64,000 nucleotides of DNA from Promethearchaeota archaeon (GCA_048941285.1 JBHLNS010000008.1:37361-101360); one strand, 5' to 3'. Numbered from the stretch's first letter, positions 28,354-38,709 are shown. Translations and numbers: made by a program. Notes: a model not told the origin generated them from the sequence alone.

Positions 28354-29424
28354 ATGGCAGTTGAAGAAAAATCAGAAACTTATGAAAACTTATTTAGTCT
28401 TAAACTTCGAAAGTATGAGGATAAACTTGTAGAGTTTCTTTTAGATATAGCTGAAAGTAAACGTGTTAATCCAAAAATATCTAAAATCTCTTCATATTTA
28501 TTAATCCATGGAGAATTAACTCAGAGAGAATTAAAGGAGTTAACAGGATTTTCAATGGGCTCAATTTCCACTTTCTTATCTGTTATGACTGGTACAGGAA
28601 CCTATAAAAAAGAGCGACTTCCTGGTACTCATACCTATGTGTATTCCTTTTCGGGCAAACTTGAAGATCTTACCACAATGGGATTAGAACTCGCGTTAAA
28701 TAGTTTCAATAGGTTACAGAGTTATTTTAAAAACAAAAAAAAGGAATTAAATAAATTACTTGAACAATCTAAAAAAGGAGCAGATCATCTTCTTCAAAGA
28801 ATTGATGAATTGTTTGAAGTATTTGAAATTTATAAAGTTTTATTCCCTATAATAACTCAGAATAAAATTGATAAAAACATCAATGTAGAAAAACCAATTC
28901 TTACCAGAAGAGAAGAAAAGGAACCAAAGAAAATTCAATTTGATGCAGAAGTATATGTACTTGAAGATGATATTTTGAATCAATTTGCAGCATCACCTAT
29001 TTTTTCAAGCCGAGATCCAATGTTTGTTAAGATTCTTGGCTATTTTATTACTAGAAAATATCTTACTCAAAAAAAAATAAAGAATATTACAGGTTTATCA
29101 GTTGGGAAAATTTCTGAAGAAGTTAACTTATTATTAGAAAACGGACTAATAGAAAAAGTGGACATATCACCTAAAGGAAAAATTACATATGGGGCTGAAT
29201 CTGCTGGAGTAATTCTCCTAAAGTTTTCACGATCGATTATTAACAAAATGGCAGAATGGGATACTGAGCTACAAAAAATGAAGATAGAATTGGAAAATAA
29301 TAGAACTAGCTTAGAAAAATTGAAGGGCTATTCCCGGATTTACAAGATTAATGATTATATTCTGGATTTAATTATGAAATATAAAATATTTATTGAAATG
29401 GCGGATCAAATTTTAAACGCATAA
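28354..29424 (+). CDS. Double GbsR/MarR-like winged-helix regulator (fusion of A and B types)
   Basis: Two HTHs: LTQRELKELTGFSMGSIS and LTQKKIKNITGLSVGKISEE. Confidence 0.82.
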   Translation: MAVEEKSETYENLFSLKLRKYEDKLVEFLLDIAESKRVNPKISKISSYLLIHGELTQRELKELTGFSMGSISTFLSVMTGTGTYKKERLPGTHTYVYSFSGKLEDLTTMGLELALNSFNRLQSYFKNKKKELNKLLEQSKKGADHLLQRIDELFEVFEIYKVLFPIITQNKIDKNINVEKPILTRREEKEPKKIQFDAEVYVLEDDILNQFAASPIFSSRDPMFVKILGYFITRKYLTQKKIKNITGLSVGKISEEVNLLLENGLIEKVDISPKGKITYGAESAGVILLKFSRSIINKMAEWDTELQKMKIELENNRTSLEKLKGYSRIYKINDYILDLIMKYKIFIEMADQILNA

Positions 29425-29452
29425 AAAAATAAATTATTTCTATTTTCAAAAA

Positions 29453-30361
29453 TTACATTCTTATTAGATTTTTTCTCGGTAATTGTTGGATTTTTGGGTC
29501 ATTAATGTAAGAAGCTAATACTTTTATAAAATTTTCTCGATCTTTTTTTATATTTGAAGATTCTAAGGCGCAATAATTAGATATATGGTCATTAAAAACC
29601 TGAGAAGTCACATTTTCCGCTAAATTTTCTATAATTTGCTTTTCTTCTTTTAAATTTTCAACAGGACTTAATAATTTAAATTTTCCTGATTTCCAATCAT
29701 CCCAAAGAGGAGTACCAGGTAAAATATTTAATGTTCTAAAACGAAAAATGGTGGGATTAATTTCACTTAATACTCTGGCCGTTTCTATTACATGTTCTTC
29801 TGAATATTTATGACTTCCTAATCCTAAAATTATGTATAATGATAATTGGATTCCCGCATTTAAAATCTTCTTTCCTGCCTTTATCATAGATTCTGCATTT
29901 GTTCCTTTTTTCATAATTCTTAATATTGTATTTGAACCACTTTCTAATCCCATATAAACAATATCTAATCCTGCATTGGCTAATTTTTTTAATTCTTCAT
30001 CCGTTTTTCTTAGAATATCTAAAGATTTAGCATAACAACTCACTCGTGGAACATCTCTTAATTTTACTCTGACATATTTAATAATGTCAACTAAATAATC
30101 TGTTGGAGCAGAAGTAGGGTTACCTCCTGCTAAAAAAACGGGGAAACCATGATAATTACTCTCAGTATATCTATCAATATCTTTTTTTACATCTTCTAAA
30201 GATCGAATAGCGTAGTCTTGAGATACTCCATATACACCTTTATAAGTTCCACAAAAACGGCATTGATTCCACGAACATCCACCAGTCACAGGTATTAAAA
30301 CTGAATAGGCTTCAACAGGAGGTCTTATAACAATTTGATCAGGAGGAATTTTAATAGCCAT
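29453..30361 (-). CDS. Radical SAM protein
   Basis: IRPPVEA, GCSWNQCRFC (CX4CX2C), YMGLESG, PGTPL, HISNY. Confidence 0.88.
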   Translation of the reverse strand: MAIKIPPDQIVIRPPVEAYSVLIPVTGGCSWNQCRFCGTYKGVYGVSQDYAIRSLEDVKKDIDRYTESNYHGFPVFLAGGNPTSAPTDYLVDIIKYVRVKLRDVPRVSCYAKSLDILRKTDEELKKLANAGLDIVYMGLESGSNTILRIMKKGTNAESMIKAGKKILNAGIQLSLYIILGLGSHKYSEEHVIETARVLSEINPTIFRFRTLNILPGTPLWDDWKSGKFKLLSPVENLKEEKQIIENLAENVTSQVFNDHISNYCALESSNIKKDRENFIKVLASYINDPKIQQLPRKNLIRM

Positions 30362-30635
30362 AAAGTTTCATATGAAAAAATAATTAATGAATTTAAACAA
30401 CCTTTTTTTCTATTATATTAAAAGAAAAGCGACTTTTAGATATTATTCTTATAATTCATATATTTTTGAATCTTCCTAAGATATTTTATTAACTTAGCTT
30501 ATAAATAACCGCCTTAGATAACTATTTAAGGTGTTATATATTCATTTTATTAAAATTAAAGAATATAACATTCCAATAATCAAACATTAATAATTTCTAG
30601 GATAATTTAATTGACATTCAAGGATCTATTATAAA

Positions 30636-31232
30636 ATGAGTTATAACCGAAAAGATATTTTATTTAGCTTTAAAACCGTGATTTGTGGTGCCAGTTCAGT
30701 AGGTAAAACCTCATTATTTAATCGTTATTGTTTTAACTCATTCAATTTTGATAGCTCTCCAACAATTGGAATAAATTTTCATTCTGTCTATTTAAAAATA
30801 AATTTTAAAAAGGAGATAAACCCACAGAAGGAAAATTATGTTGTAAACTCTATTTTTGATTTCGGAGGGCAAGAAAGATTTACCCCGTTAATTCCAAAAT
30901 TTATAGACGGTGCTAATGGAGCTTTATTAGTTTTTGATTCCGTAAATTTTCCATCTTTCAATCAATTAGATTTTTGGTATGATAATATCATTGAAAATGC
31001 AATAGATCCAAAGATTCCTATTATATTAGTTGCAAATAAAAGTGATTTAATAGAGAAAACCTCAGAATCTGAAATTATTCATGATAAATTAATTTTTGAA
31101 TATTTAGAAAATCGAAAATTAGATGGTTTCGCTAGAACATCCGCTTTAGAGAATTACAATGTTTTAGAAGTATTTAAAAAATTAAATAATTTAATGTTGA
31201 AGAAACAACGGATTCCATTTGTTGTAGCATAA
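30636..31232 (+). CDS. Ras-superfamily (Rab-like) small GTPase
   Basis: G1 GASSVGKTS, G2 PTIG, G3 DFGGQERF, G4 NKSD, G5 TSA. Confidence 0.92.
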   Translation: MSYNRKDILFSFKTVICGASSVGKTSLFNRYCFNSFNFDSSPTIGINFHSVYLKINFKKEINPQKENYVVNSIFDFGGQERFTPLIPKFIDGANGALLVFDSVNFPSFNQLDFWYDNIIENAIDPKIPIILVANKSDLIEKTSESEIIHDKLIFEYLENRKLDGFARTSALENYNVLEVFKKLNNLMLKKQRIPFVVA

Positions 31233-31249
31233 AATATTAGAGAGAAATA

Positions 31250-32323
31250 TTAAAATTCTCTTGAATAAACAAAATCTGAAAAACCATTAAAAAAGATTTT
31301 TTGTTCTCTATTTAGATCGGGGTAAATCTCTTTTAGAGAAGTTTTAGCTTGTTCAATGAAATTTTTCGCTAAACTCTCAGCAATCATTAGTGCATTAGTT
31401 TCTAAGAAAATATTCTTCACTGTTTTTACATCATTATTTGTTAAATTTTCTTTATGATAAATTTCGTTTATTGCTTTAGATTGTTCTTCATCTGTATTTT
31501 GAACTGCTAAAATATATACAATTTTTCTCTTCTTTCCTTTAATGTCGTCTTCTAGATCAAGGATATCATCACGTATTGCATGAGCTTGACCAATTCGTAA
31601 CATTGCATAACTTAATGGTTTAATTTGATAATGAATATTACCTTTTGCTAAAATTGCTCCAATTTTAGTAGACTTTTCAAATATTCTTGCTTTTTGAAAT
31701 TCAGCGATATTCAAATATTGTTCTAAAGTCATAGTTATATTATTATAGTTCATGTACTCTTCAACCAATTGTCCCTTCATCAAATAATCCATTGCTTCTG
31801 TATATTCATTAATAGCAAATAGTTTCAATTGTTCTGGAAATTTTGAAGATTTTAAAATATCTAAACCTAAAAGATAACCTTGTGTACCTCCTAATATTGA
31901 CATGTCTCTTCCATATAATTCAATTACTTCTTCTTTATTTGGGAGATCTAAATCCTTATACACTTGATTTATTTCGTTTTCTAATTGCATATGAAAAGTT
32001 GGTTTTCCTCTTCTTGTTTTATCATCATCAAGAAGATCATCATGTATTAAATGTCCACTGTGTAGCAATTCGACTGATATGGAAACCTCACGAATTTGTT
32101 CTATTTGATCTCCTAAATACATAGGGTTTACAATACCAGAATAAGCAGCAATTAGTAAAATAGGGTGGATTCTTTTAGCTTTTTCATTTAAAATGAATTC
32201 TTCAAGTTGATTAATAAAATCATTTAAAAGTATATCCTTTTCTTTTTTATGCAGATTAGCAAAGTATCTTTCTAATTGCTGGTCTACCATCATTTTTTCG
32301 AGTTTAAAGAATTTATCAATCAT
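31250..32323 (-). CDS. Trans-polyprenyl diphosphate synthase family protein (divergent)
   Basis: KRIHP, first Asp-rich motif LIHDDLLDDDKTRRG, GQ, second Asp-rich motif DDILD. Confidence 0.85.
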   Translation of the reverse strand: MIDKFFKLEKMMVDQQLERYFANLHKKEKDILLNDFINQLEEFILNEKAKRIHPILLIAAYSGIVNPMYLGDQIEQIREVSISVELLHSGHLIHDDLLDDDKTRRGKPTFHMQLENEINQVYKDLDLPNKEEVIELYGRDMSILGGTQGYLLGLDILKSSKFPEQLKLFAINEYTEAMDYLMKGQLVEEYMNYNNITMTLEQYLNIAEFQKARIFEKSTKIGAILAKGNIHYQIKPLSYAMLRIGQAHAIRDDILDLEDDIKGKKRKIVYILAVQNTDEEQSKAINEIYHKENLTNNDVKTVKNIFLETNALMIAESLAKNFIEQAKTSLKEIYPDLNREQKIFFNGFSDFVYSREF

Positions 32324-32442
32324 GTTAAATACATAAATTTGCTTTAGTTTAGCTAATGAATAATATTAATATTAAACATTTAATAATTTAATTTTATTAT
32401 ATAACAAACTAAAAAATTCATTTTAAAAGGAGATTATTAAGG

Positions 32443-32955
32443 ATGAAAATTGCGGTAATTTCAGACTCCCATGATCATAAAAGCAATATCTTAAAAGCAA
32501 TATCAATTATAAATGAAAGAAATGTTGATGCCCTTATACATTGTGGAGATTATGTTGCACCATTTGTTAGGAGATGGTTTAACGAATTAAAAGATTCAAT
32601 AAAAAATAATTTTTTTGGAGTTTTTGGGAACAATGACGGAGAAATCCTTCTTCTAAAAGAAAACTTAGGAAAAATATGCGAATTTCCACAAAATGGAAAG
32701 GAAATGATTTTAAATTTAGGAGGTAAACGAATCTTTGTATCTCACATGCCCCGAGAACAAACAATAGAAGCTTTAGGAAAATCGGGAAATTTTGATATTA
32801 TTTTAACAGGTCATACACATGTCTTGTTTAATAAAAAATTAGAAAATGGTACTCTCGTGATTAATCCAGGCGAAGTCTGTGGTTACTTAACAGGAAAGGC
32901 TACTTTTGCTATTATAGATACGGATGGAATGGAATCTGAAATAATTGAGCTATAA
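32443..32955 (+). CDS. YfcE/MJ0936-family metallophosphoesterase
   Basis: SDSH, HCGD, GNND, GHTH, INPG; AGGAG ribosome-binding site. Confidence 0.92.
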   Translation: MKIAVISDSHDHKSNILKAISIINERNVDALIHCGDYVAPFVRRWFNELKDSIKNNFFGVFGNNDGEILLLKENLGKICEFPQNGKEMILNLGGKRIFVSHMPREQTIEALGKSGNFDIILTGHTHVLFNKKLENGTLVINPGEVCGYLTGKATFAIIDTDGMESEIIEL

Positions 32956-33130
32956 GATTCAAATAGTTTTTTAATAAATTGTGTTTTCAAAAAGTAAGCT
33001 CTTTAATATTGAATTTATTCAAAATAGGAGAAGAAATAGGATTAAGTTTTGAAATCTCAGTGAGCTTAAATTCGTTTATCATTCCAAGCTTTTTACGTAT
33101 ACTTTTATTTTATCTAATTTTTTATTTATT

Positions 33131-34345
33131 ATGTCATTACCATTGGAAGGGAAAATAATATTAGATCTGACTAGAATGCTACCTGGACCCTTTTGTTCTA
33201 TGATACTCTCTGATCTTGGGGCCAATGTTATTCGCGTTGAAGATCCTCGCTATTTCTATGGACAACCACCTCCATTCTTTCAAAAAGGAAAATATCGTGA
33301 AAGTGCTTTTAATTCAATTCTTAATAGGAATAAAAAGTCAATTACTCTTAATTTAAAAAAGGAAAAAGCTCGTGAAATTTTTTATAAATTGGTAAAAGAA
33401 GCTGATGTAGTTATTGATTCCTTTCGACCTAAAGTTACAAATAAATTGAAAATTGACTATAAAACGTTAAGTGAAATAAATCCATCAATAATATGTTGTT
33501 CTCTGACAGGTTATGGCCAATCTGGTCCATATGAACAAATAGCGGGTCATGATCTTAATTATATTGGAATATGTGGTATTTTAGATTTAAACAGAGAACG
33601 AAAGGTTTTTGGTAATGAATCACGAGAAAGAATGCCCGTAAATCCTGGGGTTCAAGTAGCGGATATAGGAGGAGGATTAGTTTCAACTATAGGGATATTA
33701 GGAGCAATAATTGAAAGAGAGAGAAATCAAGAAAGAAAAGGACAATATATAGATATATCAATGACAGATTCTGTTTTTTCATTCATGCCTCTCGTTGCTG
33801 CTTATCATTTTTCTAAAGACCTAAATGAGGGGATAGAAACTCAAAATCCCTTACATGGAGATTTTCCTTTTTATAATGTATACAAAACAAAAGATAATAG
33901 ATTTTTGTCAGTAGGGATTGTAGAAGTTAAGTTCTGGCGGGCATTATGTGAAACAATAGGACGTAATGATTTAATTCTCAAACAATTTGCTCAAGGCAAA
34001 GAAAGAGAGTATGTTTTTATAGAACTCCAAAAAGAATTTTTGAAAAAGACTCAAAAAGAGTGGATGGATATGTTTAAAAGCCTTGACGTTTGCATTATGC
34101 CAGTAAAATCTTTTGCTGAAGCGTGTGATGATCCTCAAATTAAAGCTCGTAATATGGTAATAGAAATGGACCATCCAAAGTTTGGGAAAATTCAAAATAT
34201 ATCTTCACCTATCAAATATTCACGAACACCTCTAAGGATTAGAGAATTATCTCCTAAACTTGGTCAACATACAAAGCAGATTCTTAAAAAGTTGGGATAT
34301 TCCGATGAAGATGTTCGAGAATTTAGAAAAAAAGGAATTATATAA
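33131..34345 (+). CDS. CaiB/BaiF family III CoA-transferase
   Basis: LDLTRMLPGP, DLGANVIRVE, NRNKKSI, GYGQSGP, GHDLNY, ADIGGG. Confidence 0.93.
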   Translation: MSLPLEGKIILDLTRMLPGPFCSMILSDLGANVIRVEDPRYFYGQPPPFFQKGKYRESAFNSILNRNKKSITLNLKKEKAREIFYKLVKEADVVIDSFRPKVTNKLKIDYKTLSEINPSIICCSLTGYGQSGPYEQIAGHDLNYIGICGILDLNRERKVFGNESRERMPVNPGVQVADIGGGLVSTIGILGAIIERERNQERKGQYIDISMTDSVFSFMPLVAAYHFSKDLNEGIETQNPLHGDFPFYNVYKTKDNRFLSVGIVEVKFWRALCETIGRNDLILKQFAQGKEREYVFIELQKEFLKKTQKEWMDMFKSLDVCIMPVKSFAEACDDPQIKARNMVIEMDHPKFGKIQNISSPIKYSRTPLRIRELSPKLGQHTKQILKKLGYSDEDVREFRKKGII

Positions 34346-34366
34346 TTTTTATTATTATAACTGAAA

Positions 34367-34738
34367 TTAGAAAATTAAGATTAATGATGTGATAATTAGA
34401 GAAATAAATGTAAATACTAATAAAGTGATAAACATAGGCCAATCCTTTAATTGACCATAAAAACCTGCTGCGTTTATTGTAGAGTAGATAGCCATTCCAA
34501 TAGCAATAAAAAATACTGCTATTCCCCAAAATTGATTCATAATCAATCCAATCCCTCCAATTATAAGCGCTATAGATGTTAAAAATTCAGCAATTAAATG
34601 AAAATATATTTGCGTTGGCTTAGTTTTAAGTTCGGGTACTTCTCTCTTCATTATTAATAAGAACCACATACATAGCATTGTTATTCCAATTATTATAACA
34701 TAAATTGAAGCAATTAATTCAAATACTATTTTATTCAC
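34367..34738 (-). CDS. Hypothetical 4-TM membrane protein
   Basis: Four hydrophobic helices, FHLIAEF motif, GTG start. Confidence 0.7.
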   Translation of the reverse strand: MNKIVFELIASIYVIIIGITMLCMWFLLIMKREVPELKTKPTQIYFHLIAEFLTSIALIIGGIGLIMNQFWGIAVFFIAIGMAIYSTINAAGFYGQLKDWPMFITLLVFTFISLIITSLILIF

Positions 34739-34838
34739 CTTTAAATATTAGGTTGATTCAGTTTAATTAATAGTTAAATTAACTTAAATTTTCTATAAAC
34801 CTTTTTATTTAAAAATTGATCTTGAATTAGTTGTATTA

Positions 34839-36110
34839 TTATTTATAATTTACAAAATCAAAAACGACTTTAATAGCATGAGATTCAGATTTATGAGCGA
34901 GTGTGTTAAACGCAGTCCTGTATTCTTCAAGGGGAAATTTATGAGTAATTAGTATCTGTGGATCTATTAATCCTTCTGATAAAAAATTTAAAAAATGTTC
35001 AAATGCGTGTAAAAATACATTATGGAACATTTCTATACCAAATGCATTTGAACCTATAACTTCGAGTTCTTTAAAATAATGAAGTGTATTTTCAAACCTC
35101 TTTGGAGAGCTTACACCAAAAAATACTAATTTACCTTGAGTGCGAAGTATTCTTTCTCCGATTTCAAAAGTCTCTGCTGAAGCAATGGTATCAACTATTG
35201 CATCCACACCATCAAATGTCCATTTAAGCCCCTTTTTAGGTGTGTATAATTCAGCATTGTTATATGCAGCTATTTCTTCAATTAATAACTCACCTGAGTT
35301 TAAAAAAACATGATCAGCTCCTAATTTAATGGCTATATCTTTCTGAAATTGATATCGCCCAATGCCTATTACATTTTTTACTCTAAAAATGTTTTTTAAA
35401 CAAAGTATTGTCAACAAACCTATAACACCTAAACCATAAACAAGAATTTGAGAACCAGGGTTAGGATTTAACAATACTAGAGAGTGAAAAGAAACAGAAA
35501 AAGGATCTGCCAAAACTGCTTGCTCAAATGATATTTTATCAGGTATAGAAAAACATTGAGATTCATGAACGGTTAAATATGGACTAAATCCACCATATCC
35601 ACGTGTAACACCTAAGTGCATTCCTACTGGAATTTTACCCTTCTGGAAATTTTGACAATGTTTAAAATCACCTAAAGAACATCTTGAACATATCGGTATG
35701 ATTCCGCGAGGAATACATGAGAACCATGGATTAATTACAACCCGATCTCCTTTTTTAAACTTTTTGACTTTACTTCCAACACTTTCTATAATACCGACAG
35801 GTTCATGCCCCATTATCTGAGGAAAAGAAATAAACGATCGTATAGGATTATCAAGTGAGCCATTAAGTCTTAATTCAGTCATATCACTACCACAAATTCC
35901 ACAAAAAACAGTTTTCACAATAACCCAGTCTTCTGCAATCAACTTTGGATATGGAACATTTTTTAGAGAAACTGGTCCTCCCGATTTCCAATACCCTTTA
36001 GGATTTATTTTTCCTCTGATAAATGCTTTCAATAATTTGAATTTTTTTAATTCAAATGTTAATGCAGGAATGCACCCCTTCTCATTTTTTGAATTCATAT
36101 AAAATTTCAC
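34839..36110 (-). CDS. Zn-dependent medium-chain alcohol dehydrogenase
   Basis: GICGSD, GHE, structural Zn cysteines, GLGVIG. Confidence 0.9.
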   Translation of the reverse strand: MKFYMNSKNEKGCIPALTFELKKFKLLKAFIRGKINPKGYWKSGGPVSLKNVPYPKLIAEDWVIVKTVFCGICGSDMTELRLNGSLDNPIRSFISFPQIMGHEPVGIIESVGSKVKKFKKGDRVVINPWFSCIPRGIIPICSRCSLGDFKHCQNFQKGKIPVGMHLGVTRGYGGFSPYLTVHESQCFSIPDKISFEQAVLADPFSVSFHSLVLLNPNPGSQILVYGLGVIGLLTILCLKNIFRVKNVIGIGRYQFQKDIAIKLGADHVFLNSGELLIEEIAAYNNAELYTPKKGLKWTFDGVDAIVDTIASAETFEIGERILRTQGKLVFFGVSSPKRFENTLHYFKELEVIGSNAFGIEMFHNVFLHAFEHFLNFLSEGLIDPQILITHKFPLEEYRTAFNTLAHKSESHAIKVVFDFVNYK

Positions 36111-36118
36111 TCCATGAA

Positions 36119-37378
36119 TTAATCAAAATAAAATTCAACTTTAATAGATTTATATTTCTCTTGATTTCTAGCAACCACAAACGCTTTTTTATAATCTTTC
36201 AAGAGAAATTTATGTGAAATTATTGGTGTTGGATCAATTCTTCCCTCTTCTAATAATCGAAAATAGTGATAATAGGCATGATCTCTAGTGCCTTCAAAAT
36301 CTTCTATTGAAAAGGCATTACTACCAATAATATTTATTTCTTTAAAGTACCAAGGTGTCCATTCAAATTTCTTAGGAATATGAACTCCTGTTAACACAAT
36401 TACTCCGGATTTGTCCCGATTATTCTTATAATCTATTAATCTTGATTTTACGATACGTAAACCGGTCTCTAATGTTTCGGCAGATGCAACTGTATCAAAT
36501 AAAAAATCAATTCCTTCTAATAACCATGGTTTATTTTTCTTTAAATAATAAATATCATAATTTAAGTAATCTCCAACACTTTCAATAACTCTACTTGGGG
36601 GAGATGATTTGATTACTAGATCTGCACCAAATTTTTTTGCCATTTCTACTTGATGTGGAAATCGGGCAATGGCAATTACAGTCATGTTTTCATAAATACT
36701 CTTTAAGAAGTGAATTGTTAATAATCCAAGATTTCCACATCCATAAACCCCACAAATCGATCCTTCTCTAAGATCGACCTTTAGTATAGAATGAAGTACC
36801 ACTGCAAAAGGATCTGATAGAGTGGCTTGCTCCAATGACACTGAATCAGGAATTTTTATTGCCATAGTTTTATGCGCTGGGAAAAATTCTGCAAATCCAC
36901 CTGTTGCATCACTACTAGTACCTGAATGAATTCCAGGTGTGAGAATACCTTTTGTAAAATTTCTGCAAAGATATGTATTTCCCTCTTCACAGGCGCTACA
37001 AAGGGGTTTAATTTCTCTTGGTTCGCAACTTATCCATGGATTTAAAGCAACTCTATCACCTAATTTTAAATTTGATGATTTTCCGGCTTTATTAATTATT
37101 CCAACTGCTTCATGACCTAAAGTTTGAGGCCATGAAAGTAAAGCAGTTATAGGATTATCAAAATTCCCATCAAGAAAGATTTGTTTTTGATCTGAACCGC
37201 AAATCCCACAATATTTAGTCTTTACGATAGCCCAATTGTTAGATTTAAGCTTTGGAAGAGAAACTTCTTTCAAACGTAATGCTCCAATTTTAGAAAGATA
37301 TCCTTTTAGATATAAAGTTCCCAATATTCGAGATAATGCTAATCTGTAGAGTTTATAATTAAAAATAAGTGCTTTCAT
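36119..37378 (-). CDS. Zn-dependent medium-chain alcohol dehydrogenase (tandem paralog)
   Basis: GICGSD, GHE, GCGNLG; shares DTVASAET and YFKE..IGSNAF with its neighbour. Confidence 0.9.
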   Translation of the reverse strand: MKALIFNYKLYRLALSRILGTLYLKGYLSKIGALRLKEVSLPKLKSNNWAIVKTKYCGICGSDQKQIFLDGNFDNPITALLSWPQTLGHEAVGIINKAGKSSNLKLGDRVALNPWISCEPREIKPLCSACEEGNTYLCRNFTKGILTPGIHSGTSSDATGGFAEFFPAHKTMAIKIPDSVSLEQATLSDPFAVVLHSILKVDLREGSICGVYGCGNLGLLTIHFLKSIYENMTVIAIARFPHQVEMAKKFGADLVIKSSPPSRVIESVGDYLNYDIYYLKKNKPWLLEGIDFLFDTVASAETLETGLRIVKSRLIDYKNNRDKSGVIVLTGVHIPKKFEWTPWYFKEINIIGSNAFSIEDFEGTRDHAYYHYFRLLEEGRIDPTPIISHKFLLKDYKKAFVVARNQEKYKSIKVEFYFD

Positions 37379-37572
37379 AATGGTATTATTTTGATGTACT
37401 AAAAATCATTAGATTGTTTATATTAAATGATGTTTAAATTATAATAAATACCGTTTTATTAAAACTCTTAATTAAGATTAAATCTAAATATTTTATTCAA
37501 GAGAACTAATATAATATTTTAGAGAATTTATATTTCAATTTTATAACGATATTGATAAATAAATCTAGAATT

Positions 37573-38067
37573 ATGAATGTAAATATTGCTTTATATGAAA
37601 TGATTAAAGTTTCTGGAATAGATTTAATTTTATCTTTACCATGTATTTTATTAAAGGGAATTTTAGAAGAAATTGATGAAAGATATGAAATACAGCATAT
37701 TCCGATAACAAGAGAAGAAGAAGGAGTTGGAATTGCAGCAGGTGCTTATTTAGGAGGGCGAACACCAGCAATATTAATGCAAAATTCTGGATTGGGTAAT
37801 TCAGTAAATGCAATAAAATCATTATTGCAATTATACAACATTCCGGTCATATTTATAATGAGTCATAGAGGTGCTGAAGGGGAAAACATTCTAGCTCAAA
37901 TTCCAATGGGAAAACTTACGCCAGATCTCTTAGATTTATTAAAGATTAAAAAATTTTTTATAAATTCAGTAGATAAGGTTGATATAATTCCGAAAGCAGT
38001 AAATTTCAGTAGGAAAACAAACAAATCAGTGGGTATTCTTTTAAAAAGGAATTTGTGGAGGAATTGA
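37573..38067 (+). CDS. comD: Sulfopyruvate decarboxylase alpha subunit
   Basis: SLPC, TREEEGVGIAAGAYLGG, MQNSGLGN, SHRG, AQIPMG; ATG at 37573 preferred over TTG at 37552. Confidence 0.88.
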   Translation: MNVNIALYEMIKVSGIDLILSLPCILLKGILEEIDERYEIQHIPITREEEGVGIAAGAYLGGRTPAILMQNSGLGNSVNAIKSLLQLYNIPVIFIMSHRGAEGENILAQIPMGKLTPDLLDLLKIKKFFINSVDKVDIIPKAVNFSRKTNKSVGILLKRNLWRN

Positions 38068-38068
38068 T

Positions 38069-38641
38069 ATGAAGAGATATGATGCAATAAAAAGAATTGT
38101 AGAAGGATTAAATGATGAGCTAATCATTTGTAATCTAGGGGCACCTTCCAGAGAGTTATATGATATCTTGGATCGAAAAGAAAATTTTTATATGTTAGGT
38201 TCAATGGGCTTATCAAGTTCTATTGCATTTGGAGTCTCAATTTCTCAACCTATGAGAAAAATAATTTGTATTGATGGCGATGGCTCGATTCTAATGAATC
38301 TTGGCAGTTTAAGCACTATAGCGAATAATAACCCAAATAATTTAACTCTAATTGTTATTGATAATTCATCTTATGGATCAACTGGAGATCAAAAGACGTA
38401 CACAAGTAATAAAACAAGATTGGAGATTATAGCTAAAGGTGCTGGATTTAATTCAATCGCAGTTATAGATAAAGAGGAACAGATTACTCCATTCATTGAA
38501 AATTTAGAATCTGGATGTAATTTTGTACTTATTAAAACTGAAGCAGGAAATGCACCAGTAGAAAACGTCCCATTGCTCCCAGAAGAAATAAAAAGGAGAT
38601 TTAAAGATGCAATTTCTAAAAAAAGTGAGATTTCGTTTTAA
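38069..38641 (+). CDS. comE: Sulfopyruvate decarboxylase beta subunit
   Basis: NFYMLGSMG and TPP motif DGDGS...DNSSYGSTGDQ; directly follows comD. Confidence 0.88.
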   Translation: MKRYDAIKRIVEGLNDELIICNLGAPSRELYDILDRKENFYMLGSMGLSSSIAFGVSISQPMRKIICIDGDGSILMNLGSLSTIANNNPNNLTLIVIDNSSYGSTGDQKTYTSNKTRLEIIAKGAGFNSIAVIDKEEQITPFIENLESGCNFVLIKTEAGNAPVENVPLLPEEIKRRFKDAISKKSEISF

Positions 38642-38709
38642 CCATAATTTTAATTAAGAAAATACCTATTATTTTTTTAGAAATATTAATTAAATTAGGT
38701 TTTAATGAA

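Noticed and set aside
9403-32323. Eukaryote-like protein prenylation pathway (prenyltransferase-repeat protein, ICMT, polyprenyl synthase, Rab-like GTPase)
   Set aside because: The GTPase ends IPFVVA with no C-terminal Cys, the prenyltransferase-like protein looks extracellular and lacks clear Zn ligands, the genes are dispersed, and ICMT homologs are widespread in prokaryotes
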